The notes under the pieces were generated by a model that was given only the letters and a program-made list of their open reading frames with translations, did no database searches and was not told where the DNA came from. DNA of 51,086 nt from Candidatus Adlerbacteria bacterium (GTDB lineage Bacteria; Patescibacteriota; Minisyncoccia; Phycocordibacterales; SBAW01), in NCBI GenBank assembly GCA_003135635.1, contig PLCJ01000003.1:1-51086 (forward strand), written 5' to 3'. The translations under genes and the position numbers were made by a program. This document shows, piece after piece, positions 18,314-27,074 of the stretch (position 1 is its first letter; every line of letters begins with the position of its first letter).

Positions 18314-18802
18314 ATGCACGAAAACCTACCCTATCTCCTGCAGTCCTCTGGACTATTTCTCCAGGTGGTTGCCGCAACTCGGCTTCTTGTTGCGGCCGTG
18401 CTCGGGGGGCTTCTGGGGCTTGAGCGTTCAATCGCGGGCAAGCACGCGGGAATGCGCACGTATATCTTGGTGAGTCTCGGGTCGGCACTGTTTGTAGTTG
18501 TGGGAACGCTTGCGAGCTTTCAGCTCAGTGGATTTCCTTCCCTCAACCCGCTTCAGATAGCTGCCTCTATAGTCATCGGCATCGGATTTATTGGCTCCGG
18601 ACTCGCTGTGTTTCGCGGCGAGCAGCCAATTGAACTTACTACTGCCTCGGGTATCTGGGTTGCGGCGGGAATCGGCATGGCGTGCGGATACGGCTTTTTC
18701 ATTGTTGGGTTTGTGGCCATGCTTCTTGCAATTCTCACACTTTCTTTGTTGATCCCCGTTGAAAACAGCATTCGCAGCCGTTTTAGGAGAGAAAACCCTT
18801 AA
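18314..18802 (+). CDS. MgtC/SapB family membrane protein
   Basis: LGLERSIAGKHAGMRTYILV, IAASIVIGIGFIGSG, LTTASGIWVAAGIGMACG. Confidence 0.92.
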   Translation: MHENLPYLLQSSGLFLQVVAATRLLVAAVLGGLLGLERSIAGKHAGMRTYILVSLGSALFVVVGTLASFQLSGFPSLNPLQIAASIVIGIGFIGSGLAVFRGEQPIELTTASGIWVAAGIGMACGYGFFIVGFVAMLLAILTLSLLIPVENSIRSRFRRENP

Positions 18803-18843
18803 GCAAACTTTCCTTTTCTTCTGTTTTGTCCGACAATGAAAAG

Positions 18844-19683
18844 ATGCAGGGCTATGCAGTGCGAAAAAAAATTGCTTGGTTTAATCCGGACTCCCCAGAG
18901 CCCTATAAAATCAGCCGTACCCGCATCGACAATTTTCTTAAATGCCGCCGCTGTTTTTGGTTGGAAGAACGCTTCGGAATAAAAAAACCCGACAGCTATC
19001 CGCTCACACTCAACCTTGCCGTTGATGCGCTGCTCAAAAAAGAGTTCGATATACATCGAGCAAAGCAGGTCCCACATCCCCTAATGCGGGCCTATGGCAT
19101 TGATGCAGTGCCGTTTAAGCATGCCGAGCTTGATTCCTGGCGGCATAATTTCACCGGCGTTCGGTATCTACATCCAGACACCAATTTATTGGTATTTGGT
19201 GCCGTTGATGATGTGTGGATGGCCCCCCACGGGGAGTTATTTGTCGTTGATTACAAAGCAACTTCAAAAGCCGATACCCCGGCGCTTGAGGGTAGCTTGG
19301 GTGCGCAATACAAACGCCAAATGGAAGTCTATCAATGGCTTCTGGGGAAAAATGGCTTTACGGTTTCTAAAACAGGATACTTTGTCTATGCAAATGGCAA
19401 AAAAGATACTGAGGCGTTTGATGGAAAGCTTGAGTTTGAGATCACCGTGCTACCATGCAAGGGGGATATCCGTTGGATTGAACCCACGCTTGTTGAAATA
19501 AAAGCATGTCTGAGTAGCGATGTGATTTCCCCAAAAGGTACGGAATGCGAATATTGTCCGTACCGCGAAGCAGCAGGGGAGGCGCTCATGCGTCAGGAAT
19601 CAAAAGGCATAAAAACAAAATCAAATCGAAAAAAAATTGTCAAAAAACATGAAGAAGAACCGACCACAAAAAAGCTTTTCTGA
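18844..19683 (+). CDS. PD-(D/E)xK nuclease family protein (AddB/Cas4-like fold)
   Basis: ISRTRIDNFLKCRRCF, GAVDDVW..LFVVDYKAT, QMEVYQWL and a C-terminal CEYCPY. Start set at ATG 18844. Confidence 0.85.
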   Translation: MQGYAVRKKIAWFNPDSPEPYKISRTRIDNFLKCRRCFWLEERFGIKKPDSYPLTLNLAVDALLKKEFDIHRAKQVPHPLMRAYGIDAVPFKHAELDSWRHNFTGVRYLHPDTNLLVFGAVDDVWMAPHGELFVVDYKATSKADTPALEGSLGAQYKRQMEVYQWLLGKNGFTVSKTGYFVYANGKKDTEAFDGKLEFEITVLPCKGDIRWIEPTLVEIKACLSSDVISPKGTECEYCPYREAAGEALMRQESKGIKTKSNRKKIVKKHEEEPTTKKLF

Positions 19684-19915
19684 ACGAGTGTACGTAGTGG
19701 TGCAAAAGATTCCACGCGGCAAAACGCGTACGTATAAGGAAGTGGCCACACAGGCGGGAAGTCCGCATGCATACCGGGCCGTGGGGAACATTCTCAGTAA
19801 AAACTACAATCCAAGGATTCCGTGCCACCGAGTGGTGCGCACGGATGGCGCATTGGGAGGCTATAATCGCGGACTGGAGCGTAAGGCAGAGATGCTACGG
19901 GAGGAATCTTTGTGA
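19649..19915 (+). CDS. MGMT/Ogt-family methylated-DNA--protein-cysteine methyltransferase (C-terminal domain only)
   Basis: IPRGKTRTYKEVA..AYRAVGNIL..IPCHRVV, with the active-site PCHR intact. Confidence 0.9.
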   Translation: MKKNRPQKSFSERVYVVVQKIPRGKTRTYKEVATQAGSPHAYRAVGNILSKNYNPRIPCHRVVRTDGALGGYNRGLERKAEMLREESL

Positions 19916-19916
19916 C

Positions 19917-20510
19917 ATGTCCAAGTATGATGAGATGCGGCAGATACGCGATGAAGTCGTAGCGCTCAAAGAATCGCCTCTGTATGTCCAGCGGATAGAA
20001 AGCCATTATCTTCCGGTCATTGGTGAAGGGAATCACGATGCGCGCATTATGTTTGTAGGTGAAGCACCGGGGAAAAACGAAGCAAAAACCGGCCGACCCT
20101 TTTGCGGCGCAGCGGGGAAGCTTCTTGATGAACTCCTTCTCTCTATTGCTCTTCCGCGCAGCAATGTGTACGTCACCAATATCATCAAAGACCGTCCGCC
20201 AGAGAACCGTGACCCGCTCCCCGCTGAGATAGAGTTATACGGACCATTTCTTGATCGGCAGATAACCATCATTGAGCCCCGTGTCATTGCGACATTGGGG
20301 CGTTTTTCTTATGCGTATATTATGAAAAAATTTGACGTTGCTCTTTTTCTTGACCCCATAAGTGCGGCCCATGGAAAAATATTTGACGCTGAGGCTTCTT
20401 ATGGAGCAATTAAAATCATCCCGCTGTACCACCCCGCGGCGGCCATCTACAACCAGCATCTGAAGGCCACCTTATTTAAGGATTTTGAGGTGCTCAGGCA
20501 ATTTGTTTAA
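19917..20510 (+). CDS. Uracil-DNA glycosylase, family 4
   Basis: MFVGEAPGKNE, GRPFCGAAGKLLD, NIIKDRPPENRDP, PLYHPAA. Start set at ATG 19917. Confidence 0.93.
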   Translation: MSKYDEMRQIRDEVVALKESPLYVQRIESHYLPVIGEGNHDARIMFVGEAPGKNEAKTGRPFCGAAGKLLDELLLSIALPRSNVYVTNIIKDRPPENRDPLPAEIELYGPFLDRQITIIEPRVIATLGRFSYAYIMKKFDVALFLDPISAAHGKIFDAEASYGAIKIIPLYHPAAAIYNQHLKATLFKDFEVLRQFV

Positions 20511-20529
20511 CAGCAAACTTTAAGGTACT

Positions 20530-21819
20530 GTGCTTCTCGTGAAGAGTTTCTCGGTAAGGAAAATTCGCACCGCCTATGGCGTCTCGGAGTATCGCCTCGC
20601 AAACGGCTTGCGGGTGCTGTATCGCCATGAAACCGCTACGCCAGTGGTAGCGGTGTGTGTTACTTTTCATGTGGGGTCCCGCAATGAAGCGCGGGGACAT
20701 ACGGGCGCTACGCACATTCTTGAGCATTTGTTGTTTAAAGATTCAGTCCACTTCAACCGCGCAAATGATAATGCGATTACCGATTATCTAGAATGGTTTG
20801 GCGCCACGCTCAATGCGACAACGTGGTCTGACCGCACCAATTATTTTGAGCTCTTACCCCGTGAGCGTCTTCCGGAGGCGCTCCGGCTTGAAGCCGATCG
20901 CATGCGCGGCTCTCTTTTTTCCGACGCTGATCTTGCGACCGAAATGACCGTGGTGCGCAATGAATATGAGCGCTCACGAAACAACCCCTTTGAGCTTCTT
21001 GATGAAGCGGTCATGGCAACCGCTTTCACTACACACCCGTACCGAATTCCTACCATCGGTCTTAAGAAAGACATTGAAGGATCGACCGCGAAAAAACTTC
21101 GAGAATTTTATGATGCGTTTTATTGGCCCAATAACGCAACGCTTACCGTTATCGGGGACGTGCCGTGGAGTGTGGTGCGCAAATTTATACTTGCGTATTT
21201 TGCGCCAATCCCGCACTCTCCACATAAAATTCCATCCATGAATATACGAGAACCTATCCAAACCGCTTCCCGTACGTGTAGTCTAAAAAAACCACTGGGC
21301 ATTTCTCTTGCGTCTTTGGCATATAAAATTCCTGAGGGAACACATGCGGATTATCCCGCGCTACTTCTTCTTGGTATGGTACTTGCGGGCGGTTTTTCAA
21401 GTCGCCTTCAGAGAGTACTTGTTGATACCGGTTTGGCAGCTGGTCTTTCCGTAAATGCTTTTGCACTGCACGATCCCGGAGTGCTGAGCTTTATGGTACA
21501 TGTCGCCGAAGGAGTGAAGCCGCAAACAGTACTTACTGTGATGCATAAAGAGCTTGCGCGCTTTATCAAGGAAGGATGCACCGGGCGGGAACTCGCGCAC
21601 GCCAAAGAGCGCATCTTTTCTTATCTTGCGGCAGGGCGCGATGGGGTACTCAATGAAGCGCGAACGCTTTCTGAGGCGATAGCGGCGGGGGATTGGACGA
21701 TAGAATATAGTCTTGAGAGCATGCTCCGAAGGGTAGGAGTCGCTGAAGTCTCTCGTGTGGCAAAGAAATACCTCAGGAAGAGTCACGAAACTTCAGGGAC
21801 ACTTCGCAGCACAACATAA
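20530..21819 (+). CDS. M16 family zinc peptidase, active subunit
   Basis: Inverted zinc motif HILEH, with NATTWSDRTNY and a downstream E in VVRNEY. Confidence 0.92.
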   Translation: MLLVKSFSVRKIRTAYGVSEYRLANGLRVLYRHETATPVVAVCVTFHVGSRNEARGHTGATHILEHLLFKDSVHFNRANDNAITDYLEWFGATLNATTWSDRTNYFELLPRERLPEALRLEADRMRGSLFSDADLATEMTVVRNEYERSRNNPFELLDEAVMATAFTTHPYRIPTIGLKKDIEGSTAKKLREFYDAFYWPNNATLTVIGDVPWSVVRKFILAYFAPIPHSPHKIPSMNIREPIQTASRTCSLKKPLGISLASLAYKIPEGTHADYPALLLLGMVLAGGFSSRLQRVLVDTGLAAGLSVNAFALHDPGVLSFMVHVAEGVKPQTVLTVMHKELARFIKEGCTGRELAHAKERIFSYLAAGRDGVLNEARTLSEAIAAGDWTIEYSLESMLRRVGVAEVSRVAKKYLRKSHETSGTLRSTT

Positions 21820-21822
21820 TGT

Positions 21823-23097
21823 ATGTACGCATCGCGCATTAAAGAAAAGAAAACTTCTTGGGGTGGACGCATTTTTGTGACTACCTACCCCGCACAGGGA
21901 AGTGTTTCTATCGTGGGCAGTATCTTGGGTGGTTCACGACTTTCAAGCGCTCAGTGGGCAAAGGTGCATGCGGCAATGCTTCTTGAAGGGACGCGCTCGC
22001 ACTCAAAAAAAGAGCTTCAGATTATGCTTGATACTATCGGCGCGTCGCTCTCTTTTTACGCGACAAACGATCGTTTATGCTTTGCGGGCCGGGTCCGTGC
22101 AGTGCATATACAAGCCCTCCTCGCTCTTATTATGGAGTTGCTCGCTGAACCGACGTTTCCTGAGGCGGAACTCGCTATTTTAAAAAAGCGCGAAGAAACT
22201 GCGTTGACCCTTGAAGCGCAAGACACCAGAGCCCAAGCGAGCATTGCGTTTGCGCGCGCACTCTTTACCAAACAGCATCCGAATTTTTCTGAGACGACTG
22301 CAGAGAGTCGCCAGGAGCTTGTGCGCATGACGCGAACATCACTTGTGGCGCTTCACCGCAAAATACTCAATGGTCAATCACTTATTCTTTCCCTGGCAGG
22401 CGATATCACGCTTCCTCGGGGTGCGTCGTTGGTTGAGAAATATTTTAAGCGCCTTCCGCACAAGCGCGTGATGCTTCCGTCCTATACAAAAGCGTTCCCC
22501 ACAAAACCGCAGCATATCGCACTGCCGATAGCACATAAGGCAAGTATCGATTATTTGCTGGGGCTTACCGTGGGCATCGACAATGATCATCCTGATTTTC
22601 CTGCCTTGCTGCTGGGGTTGCAGATACTTGGAAGCCCAAGAGGGTTCACGGGAAGACTTATGAAAACGGTAAGAGAAAAAGAAGGTTTCACCTATGGAGT
22701 CTACGCATATGCTGCCGGATTTTCTCTAAAGTTAGACGGATACATTTTCATATGGGGCACGTTTGCCCCGGAACTTTTTGCGCAAGGACGAAAAGCTATT
22801 ATGCGCGAGATTACGTTGATTGCGGAAAATGGAGTGAGTGAAAAAGAGGTGAAAAAACATCGAGAGATGTTTGAAGCGCGCACCCGAGTGAGACTTTCAA
22901 CTTCCGAGGCATTTGCCCAAAGTGCTCATGATTTAGCCGCGGAGGGAAGGGCGATGACATATCTTGATGAGTTTTCAAAACGCATCCTCATGCTTTCAGC
23001 AAAAGAGATTAATCCTGTACTCAAACGCTATCTCAAACTGAAGCAGATGGTAGAGTCTGCCGCAGGACCAGTTGAGCAAAACATGCTCTCCCAGTAG
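21823..23097 (+). CDS. M16 family peptidase-like protein, inactive subunit
   Basis: M16 fold features (GRLMKTVREKEGFTYGV) but no HxxEH; adjacent to the active paralogue. Confidence 0.85.
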   Translation: MYASRIKEKKTSWGGRIFVTTYPAQGSVSIVGSILGGSRLSSAQWAKVHAAMLLEGTRSHSKKELQIMLDTIGASLSFYATNDRLCFAGRVRAVHIQALLALIMELLAEPTFPEAELAILKKREETALTLEAQDTRAQASIAFARALFTKQHPNFSETTAESRQELVRMTRTSLVALHRKILNGQSLILSLAGDITLPRGASLVEKYFKRLPHKRVMLPSYTKAFPTKPQHIALPIAHKASIDYLLGLTVGIDNDHPDFPALLLGLQILGSPRGFTGRLMKTVREKEGFTYGVYAYAAGFSLKLDGYIFIWGTFAPELFAQGRKAIMREITLIAENGVSEKEVKKHREMFEARTRVRLSTSEAFAQSAHDLAAEGRAMTYLDEFSKRILMLSAKEINPVLKRYLKLKQMVESAAGPVEQNMLSQ

Positions 23098-23107
23098 AGT
23101 ATAGATA

Positions 23108-24562
23108 ATGCTTATCAGCGACATACGTGCAAAGTATTTAGCGTTTTATAAAGAGCGAGGGCATGCGGTCATCCCTTCCTTCCCGCTGGTGCCGAAGAAT
23201 GACTCCTCAACTCTTTTTGTGAGCTCCGGTATGCAGCCACTCATGCCGTATTTTTTGGGCAACACTCATCCCGCAGGAGTGCGGCTTGTCGATGCTCAGA
23301 AATGTTTCCGAGCGGTGGATATCGAGGAGGTGGGAGATAATCGCCACACCACCTTTTTTGAGATGCTGGGGAACTGGTCTTTTGGCGATTATTTTAAAAA
23401 AGAACAATTGTCGTGGTTATTTGAATTTCTGACTAACCCGAAAGAGGGGATTGGCCTTGATCCAGAGCGCCTCTATATAACGGTGTTTGGGGGCGATGAT
23501 GCTCACACCATTCCCAAAGATACCGAGTCAGCGGCGATTTGGAAAAAACTTTTTGCCGATAAAAATATTAAGGCCAAGGAGGTATTTTTGGGAAGCGAAG
23601 AAGAAGGCTACCACAATGGCATGCAAGGAGGCCATATTTTTTATTACAACGTCAAAAAAAATTGGTGGAGTCGCGCAGGAGAGCCGGAGCATATGCCTGT
23701 GGGTGAACCGGGGGGGCCCGACGCTGAAGTATTTTATGATTTCGGCACCCCCCATGACTCACGCTTTGGGGCACAGTGTCATCCTAATTGTGACTGCGGC
23801 CGTTTTGTTGAAATCTGTAATTCCGTTTTTATGCAATACATAAAAAAGGAAGACGGGTCATTTGTCTCACTGTCTAAACATAACGTTGACTTCGGGGGTG
23901 GTCTTGAGCGTCTCGCGGCTGCCAGTAACCACAATCCGGATGTTTTTTCCATCGATGTGCTGAGTGCCATAATCCATGAGCTGCAATCATTATCGGGCGT
24001 ATCATACGAGGATGAATCTCATCGGAAATCATTTCGTATCGTGGCAGATCATATGCGTGCCGCTGTGTTTATGCTGGCCGATGGGGTTATTCCTTCCAAC
24101 ACAGAGGCTGGCTATATCGCTCGCCGTCTTATCCGTCGCGCGGTGCAACATGCCGACAGGTTAGGAATCATCGCTCCCGGCTCTTTAACTCCAATTGTCG
24201 CGGTGATCGCAAAAGAATATTATCAATGGTATCCGGAACTGAGCTCAGAGCGTATGGATGCTATTGCCCAGCTTATTGGACGAGAAGAGGAGCGTTTCCG
24301 TAGCACGCTTGCAGAAGGTATGCGACAACTTGATGTGTGCATTAAAAAGAGAGAAGTCACCGGACATGATGCTTTTATTCTTTTTACGACCTACGGCTTT
24401 CCTTTTGAGTTAACAAAGGAAATCGCCGAAGAGCATGGCATCACGGTTGATACAGAAGCATTCAAAAATGCTATGCGTGAGCACCAGGAACGCTCTCGAG
24501 TCGGAGCTGAGCAGCGATTTAAGGAAGGTCTTGGTGATACTAAGGATAAAAGCAGCACTTAA
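23108..24562 (+). CDS. alaS: Alanine--tRNA ligase, short form lacking the editing and C-Ala domains
   Basis: TLFVSSGMQPL, QKCFRAVDIEEVGD..HTTFFEMLGN, VDFGGGLERL, IVADHMRA, TYGFPFELT. It stops at TAA after 484 aa, before the HTATH editing motif. Confidence 0.93.
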   Translation: MLISDIRAKYLAFYKERGHAVIPSFPLVPKNDSSTLFVSSGMQPLMPYFLGNTHPAGVRLVDAQKCFRAVDIEEVGDNRHTTFFEMLGNWSFGDYFKKEQLSWLFEFLTNPKEGIGLDPERLYITVFGGDDAHTIPKDTESAAIWKKLFADKNIKAKEVFLGSEEEGYHNGMQGGHIFYYNVKKNWWSRAGEPEHMPVGEPGGPDAEVFYDFGTPHDSRFGAQCHPNCDCGRFVEICNSVFMQYIKKEDGSFVSLSKHNVDFGGGLERLAAASNHNPDVFSIDVLSAIIHELQSLSGVSYEDESHRKSFRIVADHMRAAVFMLADGVIPSNTEAGYIARRLIRRAVQHADRLGIIAPGSLTPIVAVIAKEYYQWYPELSSERMDAIAQLIGREEERFRSTLAEGMRQLDVCIKKREVTGHDAFILFTTYGFPFELTKEIAEEHGITVDTEAFKNAMREHQERSRVGAEQRFKEGLGDTKDKSST

Positions 24563-24610
24563 TATGTAGAAAGTGCTACCTAACTCCGCCATTTGTGGGA
24601 ATGAGTTATA

Positions 24611-24654
24611 TAAAACAGGAAACCGCCTCATCATGAGACTCGGCGGTCTCTTTT
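24611..24654. terminator. Bidirectional intrinsic terminator between alaS and the convergent orphan ORF
   Basis: accgcc (24622-27) / ggcggt (24642-47) stem with an inner ctca/tgag helix, followed by ctctttt on + and preceded by an A-rich run (U-rich on -). Confidence 0.7.
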
Positions 24655-24702
24655 GTGGCGGTTGTAGTGTCTCTTTTAACAACTTCGCGACTCGGCCTTC
24701 AT

Positions 24703-25173
24703 CTATGCTCTTACCGCTGCCTCTCCAGACAAAAAACAGCAGGGCCTCAGGTCGATGGACCATTCTGTGGCAGAAGCGGTTACTGGCGTCTCCTGTGAAG
24801 TAATGTGTCTTCCTGTGACCATCAATTCAATATGAACCACAGTGGGGCTGCTCCGTTTGAGGAAGTCTTGCAAGCCTTCTTTGAGCCACTGGTCTCCCTT
24901 GTGACCTCCTAGGATATCTACAAGATCCAGCTCTCTGCACCAGTTCTTTTCCTGGTAGCTACATGAATATAAAGCCGAAGCGTGTGGACCCCCTCGCATA
25001 GTAGTGACACACACTGTGATGCTGAGAGGAAAAGAAACTGCGTTTAGGTCTCCTTTCTTATGTTCGTATTTGGCGAGGGCTCGTGAAACAATGCGGCGCA
25101 GATTAGGGTTGCGCTTGCAGAGTTCTGGAAAATCGAGGATGTATTCCACTTGCTGCCTTTCTAGCAAAGCCAA
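24703..25173 (-). CDS. Orphan hypothetical protein (156 aa)
   Basis: Fills an otherwise empty interval. A minus-strand promoter ATGACT-17-TATAAT lies upstream (TATAAT at 25197-25202) and it ends near the 24611-24654 terminator. No recognisable motif. Confidence 0.55.
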   Translation of the reverse strand: MALLERQQVEYILDFPELCKRNPNLRRIVSRALAKYEHKKGDLNAVSFPLSITVCVTTMRGGPHASALYSCSYQEKNWCRELDLVDILGGHKGDQWLKEGLQDFLKRSSPTVVHIELMVTGRHITSQETPVTASATEWSIDLRPCCFLSGEAAVRA

Positions 25174-25256
25174 CGATACAGATAACCTCTGGCGAGATTA
25201 TATATCGGCCTTATTTGAAAGTCATCTATCTTTTTTGTTGCTGCTGAAATATCCAC

Positions 25257-25285
25257 TTGACAGTTTTTTTTGATATCCATATAGT
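25257..25285 (+). promoter_or_regulatory. Near-consensus sigma-70 promoter TTGACA-17-TATAGT
   Basis: TTGACA 25257-25262, 17-nt spacer, TATAGT 25280-25285. No long + strand ORF follows. Confidence 0.85.
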
Positions 25286-25291
25286 TATCTG

Positions 25292-25576
25292 TGGAAGAGA
25301 GGCAGTCTCGGGGCGAATTTTGGAGCTTAGGCTCCAGACAGAACGCAAAAGGAGGAGTTCTGTTCAAATGCGCTTTTTCACGGCTACCTGAGTTTCCGCC
25401 ACCCGTGTATAAGGAGAATTAGTGTACATGATTCGACTTACTCAGCCCCAAGGGGCTTCGAGAACCGGTTTGCGGGTGTTAGGTACGACTAAGAGCTAAC
25501 AAAGCTCATCCACCGTACCTAGCACGAAACGGTCCGATGTTGTTTGCTGCAAAGCATCCGCATCGGGCCGTTTTTT
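25292..25576 (+). ncRNA. Candidate structured RNA of unknown family (~285 nt)
   Basis: Bounded by the promoter above and a terminator with a U6 tail. Hairpins: tggagc/gctcca (25321-36), acagaac/gttctgt (25338-63), gtgttaggtacg/cgtacctagcac (25476-25525) enclosing gagct/agctc, and aaacggtccgatg/catcgggccgttt (25527-73). Confidence 0.6.
25527..25576 (+). terminator. Intrinsic terminator closing the candidate RNA
   Basis: 13-bp stem (one G-U pair) with an inner hairpin, running into tttttt (25571-76). Confidence 0.8.
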
Positions 25577-25590
25577 GATTGAGAACAAAG

Positions 25591-25638
25591 TAAAAAAGAA
25601 TTTGGGTCCGTCAAGAGTATTAATCTCAGACGGACCCA
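25591..25638 (-). terminator. Intrinsic terminator of the minus-strand orphan ORF
   Basis: Perfect 10-bp inverted repeat tgggtccgtc (25603-12) / gacggaccca (25629-38); the A-run at 25592-97 gives the U-tract on the minus strand. Confidence 0.8.
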
Positions 25639-25654
25639 GTGAGTGTCGAAACTT

Positions 25655-25906
25655 TCAGTGTCTCAGGTTATTGCAAATGCGTCTAACGTGCCCATGATCA
25701 TCAACTCTAAACTTCGCGAGAATACATGGGCGCCGCTCTTGTGATTTGTCTTTCTGCACTACAGTGCACACTCGAGCATCCCTGTCATACTCATGAGATC
25801 GTATGACGTGTTTTGGGGACGCGAGCAAAGGATGGTGTTCTTCAAGATATTCACGCACCGCCGCTATTGCTTCCTTTTCGGAAATCCTCCTCACCAATTC
25901 CTCCAT
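25655..25906 (-). CDS. Orphan hypothetical protein (83 aa)
   Basis: ATG start and a stop 16 nt before its own terminator. No recognisable motif. Confidence 0.55.
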   Translation of the reverse strand: MEELVRRISEKEAIAAVREYLEEHHPLLASPKHVIRSHEYDRDARVCTVVQKDKSQERRPCILAKFRVDDHGHVRRICNNLRH

Positions 25907-26102
25907 TCAGGATTAGTCTACTATTGGATATCAGAGTCACTACTCTTACTCCCTTATATTCTATTAATCCTTTCTCACCATTTAGTCAAATTACTCTCTC
26001 CACAGATAGATAGTTTTCCAAATGCTTAGATTTGCTTCCTGTAGACAGATTAACCCCCCAGTGCGCCCCTCAGTGGCTGTTTTGTTTTGCTATACTATAC
26101 AA

Positions 26103-27062
26103 ATGTCTTCTCTTTTCGGAAAGAAAAAGCTGGAAGAAAAAACAGTTGCTATCGTTGATATTGAAAATTCAAGCGTCGCAGCTGCACTCGTACAACTATC
26201 TCAAGAGGAACCAAAACTTTTCGCGGAAAAACGTACTTTTCTTTCCATTCCCCAGAGACTCCATGGGGAGAATCTTTTACACACCACGATTGCAGCCGCG
26301 CAGGAATTGCTTCTGCATGTGAGCGAAGTAGCGGCCCGCATGCGCATGCATAGGAAGCTGGCTCTCATGGGAGACGTACAGCAGGCGGTCGTATTTTTTG
26401 GACCACCTTGGGCTGAAATTGATACGACATCATCGGGCTCTGTCCAAGTGAATGCCCCGCGGGTACTCACTCAGGAGTTGCGCTCACAGATTGGAAGCGT
26501 ATTTGGCGATGTAGAAACTTCCTTCCACTCATTTGCAACTGCAGCAGCTCGCATTGCCCAAAGGAGTGTCCCTGATGAGCCATATCTTCTGTGCACCATA
26601 ACCGGGGAGATTACAGAGCTTACCCTCGCGCAAGAAGGGCGTATACTTGCTCGCGCCACACTTCCGGTGGGACTTTATACGCTGCTGCGCACGCTTACCA
26701 CTCACGGAGGGCTCTCACAAGCTGAGGCATACTCTGCACTGAAGCTGCAGTTTTCGTACTTAAAGGAACCCTTTGATTCAGTGGGTGAGCACTTTTCCAA
26801 TGCTTTGTATCATGGGCTGGAGGACATGGTTGCGTCGCTACCGACACGCAACGTATTTGTACTTGCTCATGAACCCAATGGTGAATGGTTTGCTCAGGCT
26901 ATTGTGTCGGATCCAAAAGTAGCCACCCTTTTTAAAGATGGAGGAGTAGTTCGCGCACTGCGCCCGGCACATCTCTCGCCATTACTTGCAGCACATGCTA
27001 CTCACCCAGATCTTTTTTTAATGCTTGAAGCGCTTTTTGTTGACGTACGGCATGGTGTATAA
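26103..27062 (+). CDS. PilM/FtsA-like actin-fold protein, divergent
   Basis: TVAIVDIENSSVAAALV resembles actin-fold phosphate-1; LCTITGEITEL..LPVGLYTL..LSQAEAYSAL resembles phosphate-2 and the following helix. TGcTATACT lies 6 nt upstream, fixing the start at 26103. Confidence 0.55.
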   Translation: MSSLFGKKKLEEKTVAIVDIENSSVAAALVQLSQEEPKLFAEKRTFLSIPQRLHGENLLHTTIAAAQELLLHVSEVAARMRMHRKLALMGDVQQAVVFFGPPWAEIDTTSSGSVQVNAPRVLTQELRSQIGSVFGDVETSFHSFATAAARIAQRSVPDEPYLLCTITGEITELTLAQEGRILARATLPVGLYTLLRTLTTHGGLSQAEAYSALKLQFSYLKEPFDSVGEHFSNALYHGLEDMVASLPTRNVFVLAHEPNGEWFAQAIVSDPKVATLFKDGGVVRALRPAHLSPLLAAHATHPDLFLMLEALFVDVRHGV

Positions 27063-27074
27063 TCTTTTCTATCT

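Noticed and set aside
24560-24700. Stop-codon readthrough, frameshift or code-25 recoding extending alaS
   Set aside because: The stop is TAA, a second in-frame TAA follows 7 codons later, the other frames close quickly without HTATH, and TGA ends well-defined genes elsewhere.
25310-25440. tmRNA-like start (GGGGCGAA...) with a later ATTCGAC
   Set aside because: The two motifs are over 100 nt apart rather than adjacent, and there is no T-arm/CCA 3' end or tag-like reading frame.
25470-25690. Integron attC-like sites (GCTAACAA, GTCTAAC, GTTAGG)
   Set aside because: The core sites are not in the RYYYAAC...GTTRRRY order around one imperfect palindrome, and no integrase is present.
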